Shown one piece after another: positions 48,284 through 57,791 of a stretch of DNA of 64,000 nucleotides (the stretch's first letter is position 1; every line of letters starts with the position of its first letter). The position numbers and the translations under genes are program-made. The notes below the pieces were generated by a model, which was not told the DNA's origin, did not search any database, and worked only from the letters and a program-made list of their open reading frames with translations. Origin of the DNA: a virus (Duplodnaviria; Heunggongvirae; Uroviricota; Caudoviricetes); IMG/VR virus record IMGVR_UViG_3300012075_000001, positions 15,804 to 79,803 of that record. One strand, written 5' to 3'.

Positions 48284-48357
48284 GCCACGTGTTACTTATC
48301 CACTAACGCATTGAGAAAATAGCTCTATCGAAACAAGCAACACATAGAGTTAAGCAA
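48284..48357 (+). repeat. conserved leader element, copy C
   Basis: ACGCCTAAGCCA...ATTGAGAAAATAGCTCTATCGAAACAAGCAACACATAGAG with CTCTAT/ATAGAG inverted repeat. Confidence 0.5.
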
Positions 48358-48849
48358 ATGAAAGTTACAGCACACCGTATAGCACCAATGGGTTATGATG
48401 CTTTGATCATAGGTTTTGATCGCCCTTGTATAATATCGCTTTGCAAAGACACCGTTTCGCCTCTGTGTGGTTCGAGCTTAAATAACGACAGAAGCGTGTT
48501 TCGATATAGCTCATTTACTGAAGAGGATGAGCAAAACCCTAACTTGAGCGCCAAAGACTATGCGTATGTTGATGGTTTAGGTTTTAGTGATTTTTACCGT
48601 TATTACAGCACTATAGACTTGTCACACTTGACGCATGAACAGCATAAAATCATGTATACAGCGGTTGCAGAAATTAACGATGTAACCGACTTCTGCAACT
48701 ACACTCCAATGCCAGAAGAGTGTGAGCAGGAGCGTGAAGATTGTCGCAAGCTCATGAAGCGCACAGACAACATGGTAATTAATTTGAAGAAGCTCCACAT
48801 AAAATATTCAGACGGTGAAAAAGCAACTTACGACGACTTACACAACTAA
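48358..48849 (+). CDS. hypothetical protein, paralog of 44731-45309
   Basis: Shared YYSTIDLSHLTHEQHK block. Conserved leader upstream. Confidence 0.45.
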   Translation: MKVTAHRIAPMGYDALIIGFDRPCIISLCKDTVSPLCGSSLNNDRSVFRYSSFTEEDEQNPNLSAKDYAYVDGLGFSDFYRYYSTIDLSHLTHEQHKIMYTAVAEINDVTDFCNYTPMPEECEQEREDCRKLMKRTDNMVINLKKLHIKYSDGEKATYDDLHN

Positions 48850-48944
48850 GCTGACACACTGATTAAGTGAATGCGGTTGAGCTTAATTGACCGCCTTCAT
48901 GCTGTGTAGAACAGTTCTGATGCTCACTCACTATGGACACGACT

Positions 48945-48974
48945 GCACCGCTCTAAGATGAGCGGTTTTTTATT
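48945..48974 (+). terminator. rho-independent terminator
   Basis: ACCGCTC-TAAGAT-GAGCGGTTTTTT. Confidence 0.7.
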
Positions 48975-49274
48975 ATCGTACGCAACGTGCCATGGACAAT
49001 CCAAAGCAGATCCACGCTGCATCCAAGAGTGAAAAACGGCGTTGCCTCGGCTGAACACTAGAATTTTCCTAAAACACCCGCACGCTCGCATAAGGAACTG
49101 CCGCTCTCCACAGTGCCGCCGTGGAAGAGCCACACGGCAATCCAATTTCCGACAGGATTTGCCTTGGCGTTAACCATCCAAAAACAGCGCCAACCCTTGT
49201 GCCATAAGGTTTTCATAGATTTTGAGTGAATTTTCGTTTTTAATTTTGAACAAGTGATTAATTAGCGCTCAAAA

Positions 49275-49308
49275 TTGACTTGCAACAAGTCAATTAAGGT
49301 GTAATTAT
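49275..49308 (+). promoter_or_regulatory. palindromic operator TTGACTTGCAACAAGTCAA overlapping sigma70-like promoter
   Basis: 19-nt perfect palindrome. Candidate -35 TTGCAA, 16 nt, -10 TAATTA. Confidence 0.45.
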
Positions 49309-49357
49309 TCGCTCAGTCGGTTAGCTCGAAACAAACCGACAAATACAACTTAACTAT

Positions 49358-49699
49358 ATGAAGGTTTTTATCATGACAACTCAAAACATGCGTAAATTAG
49401 CTATAACTAAACTTACTAATGAATTAAGCAACGATAGCGAATTGTTGAATACTGTATTAGAAGGTAAACATGCATACATGAAGTTAATACAACAACGTGC
49501 AGAAGTTCACGCACAACTATGCATAGAACGTCAAAATAAGCGTATCGAGTATCTAACAGCGATAACAAAGCACAAAAAGGTTTTAAAGCTGTCTAAAAGC
49601 ACATTTATGAATGATTTTATCAACAAATACATGTTTAACTTCATGCAGTACCGTAGCATTGCGTTAAACGTGCATAACATGCGGTTAACAGTGATATAA
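49358..49699 (+). CDS. hypothetical protein
   Basis: Downstream of the palindromic operator/promoter at 49275. Confidence 0.4.
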   Translation: MKVFIMTTQNMRKLAITKLTNELSNDSELLNTVLEGKHAYMKLIQQRAEVHAQLCIERQNKRIEYLTAITKHKKVLKLSKSTFMNDFINKYMFNFMQYRSIALNVHNMRLTVI

Positions 49700-49824
49700 G
49701 CACATAATGTAATACATCGTACCATTTTTAATAAAACGCTCTAAAAAGGGCGTTTTATTGCATTTAAAGCACATGTTTACTTATTTGATTATTTTTTACT
49801 CAAATAAACAAATTATTTAATAAA

Positions 49825-49857
49825 TTGACTTGTAACAAGTTAGTTTTGTGCTATTAT
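49825..49857 (+). promoter_or_regulatory. second copy of operator/promoter (TTGACTTGTAACAAGTTAG ... TATTAT)
   Basis: Same architecture; -10 TATTAT 16 nt after TTGTAA. Confidence 0.45.
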
Positions 49858-49933
49858 GAACTCATACCGAAACAACTTACTCGAAACAAGTTAAACGGTA
49901 TCTAAAACAACTTAACTAATGTGAGATTTTACT

Positions 49934-50635
49934 ATGAATACTAAAGCAAACCTTGACCTTTTAGCTGCTGACACAACTATAGAAAACGCTGCTACTGCTA
50001 AGAAAGAAGTTAAAACAAACTTCAAAGCACGCGCTAAGAACATACAAAAGACTATTCTTGCTAACCTTGATATACGCAAGGTGCATCAACCGCTATCACG
50101 TGACATTGTGAGCGAAATAAACTTTTTCTCTACTGATGCAGGTTTAGCAACTATAGAGCAGTGTTTAACTAAAGGTATCGAGCTAAAAGCATTCGCTGAT
50201 ATTATCGGTACGTACAGCGAAGACATAAAAGGTAAAGACGGTTACTTAGCAAGCAAAGCGATTGTTAAGTGTCGCAAGCTCATGCAAGCAATCGCACAAA
50301 ACAACTGCATGAAGATCGACCCGTACACACGTTCTATCTTGCGTAACTTAATCGAGTTCAAGCAATTAAGACACTTTGAATTAGAACGCTGCTTGTGTGC
50401 GACCATTGAGAATAAAGACGGGCTAGAGAACGTTAAGCGCGTTAGACAGTATCACAGTACGGGCATGAATACCGCACCGACTCAAACATGTTCAACTAAA
50501 GCAATGTTGCAAATGTTCAATATATGCGACCTTGTGAAAGGTGAGAAACACGGTTTAGTTAGCTTTACAAGTGAAGAAGTGACAGCGTTAATTGTTGAGA
50601 TGTTTAAGACATTCACTATCGAGCAAAAACGTTAA
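49934..50635 (+). CDS. hypothetical protein
   Basis: Downstream of the second operator/promoter copy at 49825. Confidence 0.45.
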   Translation: MNTKANLDLLAADTTIENAATAKKEVKTNFKARAKNIQKTILANLDIRKVHQPLSRDIVSEINFFSTDAGLATIEQCLTKGIELKAFADIIGTYSEDIKGKDGYLASKAIVKCRKLMQAIAQNNCMKIDPYTRSILRNLIEFKQLRHFELERCLCATIENKDGLENVKRVRQYHSTGMNTAPTQTCSTKAMLQMFNICDLVKGEKHGLVSFTSEEVTALIVEMFKTFTIEQKR

Positions 50636-50644
50636 TTTACTAAT

Positions 50645-50680
50645 TCAGTCACTACTGACTGTTTAACCGCGGTCAGTAGC
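50645..50680 (+). promoter_or_regulatory. palindromic motif whose right half is reused in a hairpin
   Basis: AGTCACTACTGAC tgtttaaccgcg GTCAGTAG. Confidence 0.4.
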
Positions 50681-50697
50681 TTGTAAGGTGCGATGCT

Positions 50698-50895
50698 ATG
50701 AAAACTTTAATAATAATTATCTTGAATGTGTTTGTTTTGATCATGCTAGTTGTAACCGTGTTCTATACGGTTAGCGGTGAAGTGACATTGAGTTTTGCAA
50801 AACTGTATATTGCTATGACGTTTATATTTTATGTGTGTCTTATGCTCTTATGCTCATACATTGAACATACAAACAAGCGCATAGTTTTGAACTAA
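50698..50895 (+). CDS. small two-TM membrane protein
   Basis: Highly hydrophobic 65 aa. Confidence 0.3.
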   Translation: MKTLIIIILNVFVLIMLVVTVFYTVSGEVTLSFAKLYIAMTFIFYVCLMLLCSYIEHTNKRIVLN

Positions 50896-51012
50896 CAAGT
50901 GAATAGCGAAGTCCTAGAGATTTCGCTAAACCCCGGATGCATAGCCTTCCTAAATCTCCAACCCCCTATAACGTCCTTATATTTTCAGGACTGGCTGTCG
51001 GAGAACGAGTCC

Positions 51013-51357
51013 TTATACTTCCGCATCCCTGTCGTACACTTTAATTCCCTCGTATTTAATATCGTTATTCTGCAACTTCAGCATGATGCCAAAATGCTGA
51101 TAACCATTGTTGTGACCCTCAAGGATACCCTCGTTTAAAAACCCCTTCAGGATAGAGGCGTTTTCAGCGTGATCACCAAAATATGGCATGTTGCTATTAA
51201 TAAAACTGTAAACAGCGCAGTATGCTCCACTCTCAACAAACTCAACATTGTCTTGAGCTAACTTGGCAAGCGCTTTTTCACTTTGATCTTCGAGCGCCAG
51301 TTCATATTCGTTTTCAGCGCTTTTACGTGCTTCAATTGTAGTGTTAATTACAAACAT
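51013..51357 (-). CDS. hypothetical protein
   Basis: Minus-strand island. Confidence 0.4.
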   Translation of the reverse strand: MFVINTTIEARKSAENEYELALEDQSEKALAKLAQDNVEFVESGAYCAVYSFINSNMPYFGDHAENASILKGFLNEGILEGHNNGYQHFGIMLKLQNNDIKYEGIKVYDRDAEV

Positions 51358-51376
51358 ATTTTTACCTTATAAAGTA

Positions 51377-51655
51377 TTAAGAATCTTCTGTTTTCTTTTT
51401 TGGCCGTCCGCCAGCTCTCGCATGAATTTTTGGTGGCTTAGCTTCAGCAAATTTTGAACAAGCCTCCTCAATGACGTAACTCATGCGATCATCTTCGAGA
51501 AAGTCAGCCAGAACCGACACAATATCACCTTGCGTAAGAGTAGGGTACTTTTCAGCAAAACGAGCAATAATCTCTGAGGCTTCCTGCGTCACTGTGAATG
51601 GCTTACGAATTAAACCCTTTTCATCATAGAACTTTTTTGAATCAAACGATGGCAT
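51377..51655 (-). CDS. hypothetical protein
   Basis: Downstream of the helicase on the minus strand. Confidence 0.4.
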   Translation of the reverse strand: MPSFDSKKFYDEKGLIRKPFTVTQEASEIIARFAEKYPTLTQGDIVSVLADFLEDDRMSYVIEEACSKFAEAKPPKIHARAGGRPKKKTEDS

Positions 51656-51747
51656 TACTTTCTCTAAAAACTGTCTTGTTGCAAGTTATTATATACATAA
51701 ACCTTTGTCACAAAAAGAATTGCCACTCGATAAAGTGGCAATCTGTC

Positions 51748-53463
51748 TTATGCTGCCTTCCTGGTGAATCCTAGATCTTCAAAATTGAACTCATTCACAA
51801 TGTTTTCGCCGAACCCCTTCGTATGCTCCACAATCTCACGACGCTGCATGGCATGATTCTTTGTATGTGAGTTCCAATGGTCTGTGAAGTCAACAATGAA
51901 CGCCACGTTTGGACCAGTCTTCTTCGCACGCAAACCACGACCGATCCGCTGACGAAGGGCAATTTCAGCTTTACCACCACCCCCAAGAATAATCATACCG
52001 ACCGCAGGGACGTCGACACCGACATCCAAAATGGTTGTACCGATCAACGCATCAATAGTACCGCTGGACAGCTTATTCAGCGCTAATTTGCGCTCTGCTT
52101 GATTGTTTTCACCTTTGATGAACTCAGCACGTAACCCGTATTGAGTCAAAAGCTCAGTTAAATGGTCGCCGTGTGATGTGTGCTGCACGAGAATCATCGA
52201 CGTCAAACCATACGCTTTTGCTCGAATGATCTCGCTCACAATCGCTAAGTTGCGCTCTTCATTGTCAGTCACACCAAGTCGATATGCTGATTGCCAACCA
52301 GTGCTGCGGAGTAAGTGCGTCGGCTTCTTGCGAAGTTCAATATATTTGAAATAAGGCTTCGCCAATACACCGCGTTGAATCAACATTTCCTCAGACACTT
52401 TAATTGCGATAGGGCCAGAACATGCCATTAGGCGCATGTTTGACTCTTCGCTCTCACGCATAAACGGTGTACCCGTTAATGCCAAGCGATAGTGAGCGTT
52501 TTTGCAGTGGCGCATGATTTCGTAGTAAGAATTGCCTGAAGCTTCGTGCGCCTCTTCAAGAATCACAAACTCAAACATAGAAAGAAGTTTGATTGTTTTT
52601 AGGCGCTCAATATTCTTTTCATCAAATTTGGCCTTCGCCTTATTTGTCATGTCTTGAGCGTTCGCTTTTAACCACACTTGCTGCTTGGTGATCAAATCAT
52701 TTGTGGCAGTTGTAATCTCAGCTGTGCTTTTTTTGTCTTTAGTTAGCTTTGTTTTTAAAGCCACAATTTCTTTTTTGAACTTCTCTTGAGCCGCTTCAAA
52801 TAAAACATTGAACTCTCCTTGAATCGTGGTGACTTCAAGCTTGCTAATAAACGTTTGCACTGTTCCGACTGACATCATTTTGATTGTCGTTTGCCCTTGT
52901 GCGTTGATGTGGCCAAAGTGACCGTCGCCAAAAACTGAACAGGGGATACCCATATCTTTTTCGAATGCATCTTTCATTTGATACATCAGGATTGAGCGGG
53001 TGGTAAGAAAAAGGGTAGGTCGATTAATGCGAGCGAAGCAAAGACGGGCAATACGAGACTTACCGCCACCTGTAGCAACTTGCGCAATAATTTGGCCATG
53101 TTTGACCAGTTTGTCCATTACCTCAGGCTGATAGTCATACTTAGGGTCATATCCAAAAGCATCGACCTGCGGACGCTCAGGGCCTAATGGAGCGGGGAAG
53201 GGCTTGCGAACGATATTAACTTGATAGCCTTCACGGCGAAGGTTAGCGGCAACAAAATGAAGGAAGCCCGCTGGAAAAGAGCAATTTTTATAAACAAAAA
53301 AAGATGAACGACCATCCCACTTATGTTGTTTAAACAAGGCCATCGTTTCAGCGCCGTCAACTTGGTACGATAGCGCCTTTTGGACAATTAATTTTACTTT
53401 GGTGCTGGGTTGATTCAGCACGGCATTTACCGCGTTGGCGGCAATCGTAACTACCTCTGACAT
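51748..53463 (-). CDS. SF2 DNA helicase (UvsW-like)
   Basis: Walker A VATGGGKS, DEAH-like LEEAH, helicase C motif QRIGRGLR. Confidence 0.7.
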   Translation of the reverse strand: MSEVVTIAANAVNAVLNQPSTKVKLIVQKALSYQVDGAETMALFKQHKWDGRSSFFVYKNCSFPAGFLHFVAANLRREGYQVNIVRKPFPAPLGPERPQVDAFGYDPKYDYQPEVMDKLVKHGQIIAQVATGGGKSRIARLCFARINRPTLFLTTRSILMYQMKDAFEKDMGIPCSVFGDGHFGHINAQGQTTIKMMSVGTVQTFISKLEVTTIQGEFNVLFEAAQEKFKKEIVALKTKLTKDKKSTAEITTATNDLITKQQVWLKANAQDMTNKAKAKFDEKNIERLKTIKLLSMFEFVILEEAHEASGNSYYEIMRHCKNAHYRLALTGTPFMRESEESNMRLMACSGPIAIKVSEEMLIQRGVLAKPYFKYIELRKKPTHLLRSTGWQSAYRLGVTDNEERNLAIVSEIIRAKAYGLTSMILVQHTSHGDHLTELLTQYGLRAEFIKGENNQAERKLALNKLSSGTIDALIGTTILDVGVDVPAVGMIILGGGGKAEIALRQRIGRGLRAKKTGPNVAFIVDFTDHWNSHTKNHAMQRREIVEHTKGFGENIVNEFNFEDLGFTRKAA

Positions 53464-53498
53464 ATTTATTCCTTTTGCAAAAGACTTATATTTATGGC

Positions 53499-53522
53499 AA
53501 AGTATAAGTCAGTACTGACTGA
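53499..53522. promoter_or_regulatory. palindromic motif in divergent region; TATACT lies on minus-strand side
   Basis: AGTATA-AGTCAGTACTGACT: the -10-like hexamer is oriented toward the minus-strand helicase gene. Confidence 0.45.
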
Positions 53523-53534
53523 TCTTCTAGTAAT

Positions 53535-54173
53535 ATGACACACGAACTTATATGGGTTGACCCTGCTCAATTGCAGCCTAACCCGTGGAACTCAAACATC
53601 GTGTCGCCAGAAAATGAAGCTAAGTTAAAGGCATCCATCGAACGTCGCGGAATGTTCAAGCCTATTGTCGTGCGTCAGCTCGACGATGGTTCATTCCAAA
53701 TTATCGGTGGGGAACATCGCTCTCTAGTCGCAAAACAAATGAAAATGGACAAAGTGCCCGCTTTCAATCTTGGAAAAATCAGCGACAAAGAAGCTAAAGA
53801 AATTGGACTGCTCGATAACGGGCGGTACGGTTCCGATGATGCACTCAAATTGGCTGAAATCTTTGCGGACATTGGAACGCCCGAAGACCTTGCCAACTTC
53901 ATGCCTTTCACTTCTTCAGACATCGACACGATTTTCACTAATTCAACTATAGCCCTAGATGCTCTAGCTGACCTCGATTTGCCAGACGAAAACGTTGAAT
54001 TGCCTTCAGGAAAAGCAGTTCAAACACATCAAATCATGCGATTCAAAGTCCCTGTAGAGCAAGTGGACAAAGTAGTTGAACGCATTCAGGCCGTTATTAA
54101 GTCACAAGGATATGACGATGACGACGCCATGATTAACGCCGGGGACGCTTTAGCCCACATTGTACTCAAGTAA
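53535..54173 (+). CDS. ParB/Srx-like nuclease-domain protein
   Basis: N-terminal ParB-like block (PIVVRQLDDGSFQIIGGEHR). Confidence 0.55.
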   Translation: MTHELIWVDPAQLQPNPWNSNIVSPENEAKLKASIERRGMFKPIVVRQLDDGSFQIIGGEHRSLVAKQMKMDKVPAFNLGKISDKEAKEIGLLDNGRYGSDDALKLAEIFADIGTPEDLANFMPFTSSDIDTIFTNSTIALDALADLDLPDENVELPSGKAVQTHQIMRFKVPVEQVDKVVERIQAVIKSQGYDDDDAMINAGDALAHIVLK

Positions 54174-54184
54174 GGATACTGAGA

Positions 54185-54706
54185 ATGACCGAACAGGAAG
54201 TTGAACAACGATTGCAGGAATTGCAACGCACAGCACCGCGCTTATCGCCAGAACTGATCGATGAAAAGATTGCACATAAAACGTTTTATGTTCATGGCGG
54301 CAAATTAACAGTTTGTATTTTGAAGCTTCAAAACGGTTTTGAAATCGTTGGAGAGTCTGCTTGTGCGCATCCAGATAACTTCGACCAAGAACTAGGCGAA
54401 AAGGCGGCATTTGAAAACGCTCGACGCCAAATCTGGAAGCTTGAAGGTTACTTGCTTTGCCAAAAGCTTTACGAACAGGCTTTAGAAGGCGGCAAAACCT
54501 TCCTCGACCGCCTCTTTGATGAGCATAAGCAACAAGTAGATCGCCGTGACAAACTTCACGCCTTCATGGTGAACGGCAAACCTGACCACGTATCAGATGT
54601 TGAATGGTTCCAGTTGGCAGATCAACTTGACGTATTAGTTGATTACGTTGACATCCTCGAAACACGTATCGCCATTCACACCAAATCTGAAGAAGAAGAG
54701 GAATAA
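54185..54706 (+). CDS. hypothetical protein
   Basis: ORF only. Confidence 0.4.
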   Translation: MTEQEVEQRLQELQRTAPRLSPELIDEKIAHKTFYVHGGKLTVCILKLQNGFEIVGESACAHPDNFDQELGEKAAFENARRQIWKLEGYLLCQKLYEQALEGGKTFLDRLFDEHKQQVDRRDKLHAFMVNGKPDHVSDVEWFQLADQLDVLVDYVDILETRIAIHTKSEEEEE

Positions 54707-54713
54707 GCACTCT

Positions 54714-55355
54714 ATGGAATTAATTATTCAACAATGGAATGTTGATGAAGTTAAGCCATACGAACTGAACGCAAAAATCCACGACAAAGCACAGGTTGAG
54801 CGTATCGCTCAGTCAATTAAAGAGTTTGGTTGGGATCAACCAATTGTCGTAGATAAGGACGGCGTAATTATCAAGGGGCATGGTCGTCGTGAGGCGGCTT
54901 TGCATCTTGGTTTAAAAGTCGTTCCCGTGTTAGTTCGCTCAGACCTTGACGATCATCAAGTCCGTGCAGCTCGACTTGCCGACAACCGTGTTGCAATCGG
55001 GGACATCGACACCGATTTGCTACAAAAAGAGCTTCAGACGCTTAACTTTGATCTTGAAGGCATCTTCGACAAGAAGGAACTCAATTTTGTTGCCGCTGAC
55101 CTATCAGGCATGAACCTAGATTCGATTGTTTTGGATCTGGACAGCGAAGTGGCCAAACAGACTGAAGAAACCATCAAAAAAATTGAAGAAACGGACGCCA
55201 GAGCTGTTCGTATCGACAAGGCTCTTGGGTTTAAAGAAATCAAGGGTAAGGATGAACGCTTTGTTGCTCAGTTCATGGCTGTAGCGGAAGGCGAAACAGG
55301 TCTTGAGGGCGCAGATGCCTTTATTGAGTACGTTAAAAAACAGGTGACGAAATGA
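54714..55355 (+). CDS. ParB/Srx-like nuclease-domain protein (second copy)
   Basis: PIVVDKDGVIIKGHGRREAA. Confidence 0.55.
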   Translation: MELIIQQWNVDEVKPYELNAKIHDKAQVERIAQSIKEFGWDQPIVVDKDGVIIKGHGRREAALHLGLKVVPVLVRSDLDDHQVRAARLADNRVAIGDIDTDLLQKELQTLNFDLEGIFDKKELNFVAADLSGMNLDSIVLDLDSEVAKQTEETIKKIEETDARAVRIDKALGFKEIKGKDERFVAQFMAVAEGETGLEGADAFIEYVKKQVTK

Positions 55356-56008
55356 CCGTATACCGAATTAACAAGAAATTTGACACGGAAGTAAATCGAA
55401 GTGACCGCGTGCTTGAAGTTGCTGAAGCGTTTGGCCTTGGACTTGATGATAAAACCTTTGTTGTTTTTGATGATTTGGATCTGCCAATCGATCAAGGGGA
55501 TATTGTTTACATTACAGGTCAATCCGGTAGTGGCAAGTCCACTGTTCTACGCGAACTATCAAAAGCTATGTCAGCTGACGGCCTTTCTGTGTCAGATATT
55601 AATGCTGTTGAGTTTGAAGATAAGCCTCTAATCGACCAGATCGGGAAAGATTTGAACGAGGCGTTAAATTTACTCTCTATTGCGGGCCTGAACGACGCAT
55701 ATCTATTCATCCGCAAGCCAAGTGAGCTTTCAGATGGGCAGCGTTACCGCTTTTGCTTAGCCAAGCTCATTGAATCAAAAGCACAAGTTTGGATTGCTGA
55801 CGAGTTCTTAGCGGTACTCGACCGAGCAACGGCCAAAGTTATCGCTTACAACATTCAAAAAATTGCTCGTAAAGCTGGGGCTACCGTCTTGGTGGCAACC
55901 ACGCATAACGACATGGTTGAGGATCTGGCCCCTAATATTACGGTTACCAAGAAATACCGTGAGAAAGTCGCCATTAGCCGCAACGAAGATTACAAGACAA
56001 CGATTTAA
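55352..56008 (+). CDS. ABC-type ATPase (soluble)
   Basis: Walker A GQSGSGKST, signature-like LSDGQRYR, Walker B VWIADEF. Confidence 0.55.
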   Translation: MTVYRINKKFDTEVNRSDRVLEVAEAFGLGLDDKTFVVFDDLDLPIDQGDIVYITGQSGSGKSTVLRELSKAMSADGLSVSDINAVEFEDKPLIDQIGKDLNEALNLLSIAGLNDAYLFIRKPSELSDGQRYRFCLAKLIESKAQVWIADEFLAVLDRATAKVIAYNIQKIARKAGATVLVATTHNDMVEDLAPNITVTKKYREKVAISRNEDYKTTI

Positions 56009-56018
56009 GGAGAAATCG

Positions 56019-56378
56019 ATGCCACCACGTACACTTAAAACAGCAACAGCCTCAGCAGTAGAAGTCGAGGCACAACCCGAAGTTCAGGAAACTGCCGAAA
56101 CTGCAGAACCAGCGGCACCAAAACGCTTCATCAAAATTTTTACAAGCCCTACATGTGGACCATGCAAACGCTATAAGCCACTTTTGCTTGAAGAAGCAGA
56201 GAAACGCGGCGTTGAAGTGATTCAAGTTGAATTGGCGGACGATACCCGTGAAGAGTTTGAAGCTCTAGGCATTCGCCAAGTTCCAGTGACCGTCGTTTTC
56301 GAGGGCGACAAAGAAGTGTCACGACTGATGGGGGCGCCAGCGAATATCGTTCCCCAAATGGACAATTGGGGCTTCTAA
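56019..56378 (+). CDS. thioredoxin/glutaredoxin-like protein
   Basis: CGPC active site. SD AAGGAG. Confidence 0.6.
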   Translation: MPPRTLKTATASAVEVEAQPEVQETAETAEPAAPKRFIKIFTSPTCGPCKRYKPLLLEEAEKRGVEVIQVELADDTREEFEALGIRQVPVTVVFEGDKEVSRLMGAPANIVPQMDNWGF

Positions 56379-56382
56379 AAAC

Positions 56383-56414
56383 GGTGGCCCTTAGTGGGCC
56401 ACTTTCTTTTCAGG
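56383..56414 (+). terminator. rho-independent terminator after thioredoxin gene
   Basis: GGTGGCCC-TTAGT-GGGCCACTTTCTTTT. Confidence 0.65.
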
Positions 56415-56422
56415 GATGAAAT

Positions 56423-57373
56423 ATGCGTGAAATTCTGACGGACAATCAGGATGCCTTAATTGTTCGAAAACCAACTCCTGCCAATCACCTTCTGTCTTTG
56501 CTGGACGATATCTATATTGAACCAGGCACTAAGGAAGATTGGGAATTGTTGCATGAGCTCCACTACAAAGCAGACACTTTAGGTATTGGCCCTCGCTATT
56601 GGCGCGTGATGTTACATGGCCAAACCATCGGCGTAGGGGTGATGACTGTGCCGAAGATGCTTTTGTCGGGCCGCAATGAACTTTTTGAACATCTGCGCCC
56701 CAATACAAACGGGAAAGACTCAAGATTAATCAACCGACATCGCGCCCTATGGTTGAATAACAACGCCTGCACGAACTCTCGACTGGTTTTAGACACGATG
56801 TATAGAGGCGCTGGGATTGCTTATCGTGCGCAAAATTTGATGATGCGTATGAGCGGTTGTTTGCTTATTGAGTTCCAAAGCTCGATGTCAAAATTCAACC
56901 CATTCGCAGCAAAAGCCGGTATTCAATTTGCTCCACCCAAACGGGCCACAAACTATGAACGCGGACTGCAATTTTTCCGTCGTTGGTTCGAATCAATTCC
57001 AACCGACTTTGTTGGGGTGATGAACGAAATTGAAAAAATGCCAAACCCGGTACGCGAAAAGTGCATAGCCGAGATGCGCAAGTTTTACTACTCCTTCAGT
57101 TCAATGGAGAAGTCGGGCGATAACCGCATGAACGGAACTAAGCGAGTAGATGCACTACCAATCGAAAAGCTCTTAAAAAATACACAACAGCTGGTGTTCG
57201 CTTCGCCTCTGTACGGCGTTTACGTAAACCCTGACGTGAAGGCAGCGAGAGAGGCGGGTGTTGAGCCAAAACTTCCAATCCGATTGCCATTGATGGCTTT
57301 TGAAAACCAACTACCAAACGAACCATTAAACTTAAATGCGATAAGCGAAAAGGATATTGCTTATGTCAGTTAA
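56423..57373 (+). CDS. hypothetical protein
   Basis: ORF only. Confidence 0.4.
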   Translation: MREILTDNQDALIVRKPTPANHLLSLLDDIYIEPGTKEDWELLHELHYKADTLGIGPRYWRVMLHGQTIGVGVMTVPKMLLSGRNELFEHLRPNTNGKDSRLINRHRALWLNNNACTNSRLVLDTMYRGAGIAYRAQNLMMRMSGCLLIEFQSSMSKFNPFAAKAGIQFAPPKRATNYERGLQFFRRWFESIPTDFVGVMNEIEKMPNPVREKCIAEMRKFYYSFSSMEKSGDNRMNGTKRVDALPIEKLLKNTQQLVFASPLYGVYVNPDVKAAREAGVEPKLPIRLPLMAFENQLPNEPLNLNAISEKDIAYVS

Positions 57374-57689
57374 TTTAACCCCGAAGCAAGTTGAAATTCT
57401 CTTGTTGGTGTTTAAAAAAAACACCGATGGAACACATTTCGATCTTGATCAATTACTTACCGAGTTGAGCTACAAGCCAACCAAACAGGCATTGCAGTTC
57501 TCGATACGATCACTGATCAAAACTCATAAGTACATTTCCAAAGGCAGTGAGAAACGCCGTGGCCGCAGACATGTGACTTACCTCGCAACACCAACAGGTG
57601 AATACGTGGCGCAGCAATATTTACCCAAGCCGGGTAGTTCATCTAACCTTAAAAACGCTTTGGTCGAAGATGAAACAACCGCGATTTAA
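57357..57689 (+). CDS. hypothetical protein (possible winged-helix)
   Basis: ORF only. Confidence 0.35.
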   Translation: MLMSVNLTPKQVEILLLVFKKNTDGTHFDLDQLLTELSYKPTKQALQFSIRSLIKTHKYISKGSEKRRGRRHVTYLATPTGEYVAQQYLPKPGSSSNLKNALVEDETTAI

Positions 57690-57727
57690 TTGGGTGACTT
57701 GGGTGTTCCTACGCTCATCATTATATT

Positions 57728-57768
57728 AATATACTCAGTCATTACTTAGTGACTAAGTAATATTTAAT
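57728..57768 (+). promoter_or_regulatory. variant palindromic motif (AGTCATTACTTAGTGACTAAGTAAT)
   Basis: Extended near-palindrome flanked by TATACT and TAATAT. Confidence 0.35.
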
Positions 57769-57791
57769 AGCGGTTACGATTAGGATTCCCA

